A DNA stretch of 64,000 bases from Mustelus asterias (Eukaryota): contig NW_027590160.1 in assembly GCF_964213995.1 (NCBI RefSeq), positions 806,001-870,000 of the forward strand, given 5' to 3'. The first letter of the stretch is position 1. Each line of letters opens with the position of its first letter. Of this stretch, positions 60,796-64,000 are shown piece after piece. The position numbers and the translations under genes were made by a program. Below the pieces are notes generated by a model. That model searched no databases. It saw nothing but the letters and a program-made list of their open reading frames with translations, and had not been told where the DNA came from.

Positions 60796-61123
60796 GGGGG
60801 GAGGGGGGGGTGGGGAGGGGGGGTGGGATGCGGTGGGGGGGTGAGGAGGGTGGGGGGTGTGGGGGTTGGGGGCGGGTGGGGGAGTGGGGGGGTGAGGGGG
60901 GTGGGGGGGTTGGGGGCGGGTGGGGGAGTGGGGGGGTGAGGGGGGTTGGGGGCGGGTGGGGGAGTGGGGGGGTGAGGGGGGTTGGGGGCGGGTGGGGGTG
61001 TGGGGGTTGGGGGTGGGTAGGGGAGTGAGGGGGAGGGGGGTGGGGGCGTGGCGGGGTAGGGGGTGGGGGGGTAGGGGTGGGGGGTGGGGGGTGGGAGGTG
61101 GGGGGGTGGGGGCAGGTGGGGGG
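60796..61123 (+). repeat. G-rich low-complexity tract / minisatellite
   Basis: Continuous G3-G8 runs with a repeated unit GGGGTTGGGGGCGGGTGGGGGAGTGGGGGGGTGA. Confidence 0.9.
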
Positions 61124-61387
61124 TGATTGTTGTCTGTGCAGTTTCGATGGGCCGAATGGCTTCCTTCTGAATTGGAGGGATTTTATGATCCGAGTTCTTT
61201 GCAATCTATGAGCAATCGTCCTCTGGGGCTGAAACAATGAAACCAGGAGAATCATTCGCTGCATCGTCTGCAATGTGATTGCACTGGAATTTGCTGAAAT
61301 TTCCTCAGAGTCAAAAATTAACTTCCTGAGAATTTCAAAGAAAATGTCCTTCAGCAAACCAGTCACCGGCTTTAGCAAACAGAAGGC

Positions 61388-61459
61388 ACGTTTCACCGAG
61401 ATCTGAACTCGTATTACTAGGTTCAGAGTCCAGAGTGCTCACCATCACACCACAGAACC
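61388..61459 (-). pseudogene. tRNA-Gln(CTG) pseudogene
   Basis: GGTTCTGTGGTGTGATGGTGAGCACTCTGGACTCTGAACCTAG..CGAGTTCAGATCTCGGTGAAACGT. Confidence 0.75.
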
Positions 61460-62753
61460 AGGAACAGAGCCGCCAGATGCAAATACTCACTCAAAGCATG
61501 TGACTTTTTCCATTCAATGTGACAGCAGCAACTAGTGAGCCAAATGCTTTGAGTGACCATGAGCAGCCGACTGCTATGTTGTCGGCTTTTTGGTCTAATG
61601 GTGATCATTCTGGATCCAGCGAACCGGGTTTGAGTTTAGTTGGATCCTTGCTCTTCTTTCCGATTGCTGAGAATTGATTTGTTGAACGACCTTTTGTTTA
61701 AATTTCTTATGAAGTAGGAATCTGGAGGACAGTTTGTCAGCCTGTTCAACATTGCACGTTGTTGAACCTCTGGCGTCAGATGTCTGAAACATCAATGTTT
61801 TTTTTCCATCTTTCGCGACTCTTTAACTCTTTTGAAAGAAAAGTTCAGTCGGTGTCACACAACAGCAACTATTCGACTGGAGACTGGCAATTATTGAGCA
61901 AGTGTGTATGTGTGCCCGTGTTTTAGGAGGAAGGCCTATGTGCTTTGGGAGAAAGGCTAGAGGTCTTAGGTTAGAGTGTTGTCGGTTCCATGGTGTAACT
62001 CTGAGCAGTCTGGAGTCGCGCCGTCCCACTTCTTCTTTAAATTGGGACAGATGAGAGTGAATGGCAGCCGTAAGTTGACCCCCTGCAAAATATTAGTTAC
62101 ATCTTCTAAAATGATCAATCCTCATTTTGTTTCATTTCATGTCAAACAGGGTGACATATCCTTGTGTCTTATTATTTAAAAACTCAACCCTTTAACTATT
62201 TCAACAGGTAAGGCTCAGTCAAAGAAAACTGATCCGCATTGAACCAGAAAAAAACATATACTGCAGTTGCTGCAAACCGTTCCTCAGAACAGAAAATGTT
62301 GAAAACACTCCGCAGGTCAACCAGCTTCTATGGAGATGGAAACAGAGTGAAAGTTTCGGATCGCTGACCTTTAATCCATACTGGAAGAAATTAGAGATTA
62401 AATGGGTTACGAGCAAATACAGAGTCATGGAAAATAGAGGGCGAAAGGAGAAAGGCTTGTGATAGGACGTCAGGCTGGAGTGATTAAATGACAATGGGGA
62501 AAATTATTACTCCACTGAAACAATCTCCCCGAAATGGGTTCAAATTTCGCGCAAAATTAGAAGAAAGCTTCTCGCTGAATAAGCACTAAACTCTTCGCCT
62601 TCCGTGGAAGCAGAGATCGGTTTAACTCAAAAACAAGTAGTTGTGGGATTAACCACGCGGAATGGAGAAAGACGCAGTTTGAGCGGCGACACTGCCGGAG
62701 AAATGGAGAGCTGGAGTTCACTCAGGAAAGGGGTAAAGTTTAAAAACAACAGT

Positions 62754-62813
62754 GCCCAATCTGCGGCTCAAAGAGTAAGAGTCGCATGTTCTGGCGACTG
62801 AGCTAGCAAGACA
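62754..62813 (-). pseudogene. tRNA-Lys(CTT) relic, paralog of 35275
   Basis: GCTAGCTCAGTCG..AGAACATGCGACTCTTA with deleted variable/T region. Confidence 0.6.
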
Positions 62814-63682
62814 CATAGGAGACGGCACTCAATATCCGAACGTGCGTGGAGACAAACATGGCGTTTCCATCTGGTGTCTCAGCTTGTTTTGATTACAATG
62901 TTTACACTTCATCAACCTGCAGAATCCCTGATGTTAGAATGCATTCCTCTCAATCATCAATAACTTCATTCACATCTTCCACTTCTTAACTGCATTTCCT
63001 TGCAAACATTGCAAGCTCCTCTTACACCTTTCACCTTAATATTTTTGATTTAAATACTCAAACCAGTTGGGGAAACAGCGTGTCTGTAGGTCCGAAGTCA
63101 AATTGTCTCCCCATTTTCAGAATTCTCAATCTGATCACCTCTCATTTTGCTAATCAACAAAGAAGACAGGCTCATCCCACCGAATCTCTCTTCCCAGGCC
63201 AACAGCCACATCACAAGAATCAATGCAGTGAACCTCGGTTAAACATAGACAGCGAGAGAATAGAGGGAGCAAAGAGCAAATGAGAGAACAGTAATCGATT
63301 CATAGACCGAGAGACTGACTGAGTGAAAGAGTCTGAGATACGTACACAGCGACAAAAAACGAATTAGAGAGGGATTGAGACCCACACCCCAATATACACA
63401 CAATCGCTGTCTGAACCCACAAGCATGGAATCCACTGAAGTGGTGAATAAGGATTAAATGAATGTCCATAAACAAAGTCAACATTTGAAAATGTTTTGAT
63501 TCTATGTGAGTGTATTGTGCTGACAGAAGCTTGCAGTGTGTGCTCAGTTTCTCAAATCAGACCCCATGTAAGCCAATACCGCCATTTGCACAGGAAATAG
63601 GACAACGAAATCCATGACTTGCCAAATACGAAACAGTAGCTAAATGAGGGCTTGTCCAGGAACCTCTCATAACGTTGCAGAT

Positions 63683-64000
63683 GTTGGAGAGAGTTACAGA
63701 ACAAAGAGATCTAGGGGTACATGCTCATCGCTCCTCGAAAGTGGAGTCACACTGGACAGAGTGGTGAAGAAGGCATTCAGCATGTTTGGTTTCATTGGTC
63801 AGAACATTGAATACAGGAGTTGGGACGTCTTGTCGAAGCTGGTAAGCCCACACTTGGAATACTGTGTGCAATTCTGGTCACCCTATTATAGAAAGGATAT
63901 TATTAAACTAGAAAGAGTGCAGAAACCATTTACGAGGATGCTACCAGGACTTGATGGATTGAGTTATAAGGAGATACTGAATAGACTGGGACTTTTTGCT
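63683..64000 (+). mobile_element. CR1 LINE RT fragment running off the window
   Basis: EQRDLGVH...LVSPHLEYCVQFWSPYYRKDIIKLERVQ. Confidence 0.88.

Larger units (their letters stand above)
51290..61820. repeat. Large inverted segmental duplication of tRNA-Gln arrays (arms about 51290-56620 and 57545-61820, spacer about 0.9 kb)
   Basis: 56540-56620 is the reverse complement of 57545-57630, and matching continues outward to 51290/61820, including tRNAs, a SINE and a microsatellite. Confidence 0.92.

Noticed and set aside
60662-61396. 244-aa proline-rich ORF
   Set aside because: Translation of the G-rich tract plus tRNA/SINE relics
51440-62030. Repeat-spacer pattern resembling a CRISPR array
   Set aside because: The repeats are tRNA-Gln copies, the spacers are homologous to each other, and the context is eukaryotic

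Overview
Eukaryotic, repeat-rich genomic DNA from a cartilaginous fish. The evidence is HE1-type SINEs, HER1/CR1 LINEs, Rex1 LINEs and shark-type Penelope ends; a carcharhiniform shark is likely but inferred. Three gene classes are interleaved. (1) One intact two-exon class A GPCR of the GPR139/GPR142-like type (minus strand, 7799-10575). (2) T-cell receptor alpha/delta-type V segments, all on the minus strand: one intact leader+V+23-RSS at 49191-49684, two pseudogenes near 18.8-20.1 kb and 45.5-46.0 kb, and an opposite-strand orphan promoter+leader at 48941-49043. Strong CTCF motifs lie near two of the V segments. (3) A dense RNA polymerase III region: intact tRNA-Glu, -Leu, -Ile (intron) and -Gln genes, a full-length 7SL/SRP RNA copy, and over 20 decayed tRNA copies carried on local duplicons. 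These include a ~10.5 kb palindrome of tRNA-Gln arrays (about 51.3-61.8 kb). Also present are a hAT element with perfect TIRs and TSD, Penelope-derived minimal hammerhead ribozymes, nested retroelements and a 141-nt N gap. Most ORFs in the supplied track are LINE fragments or noise. All calls were made by eye, and boundaries of degraded repeats are approximate.
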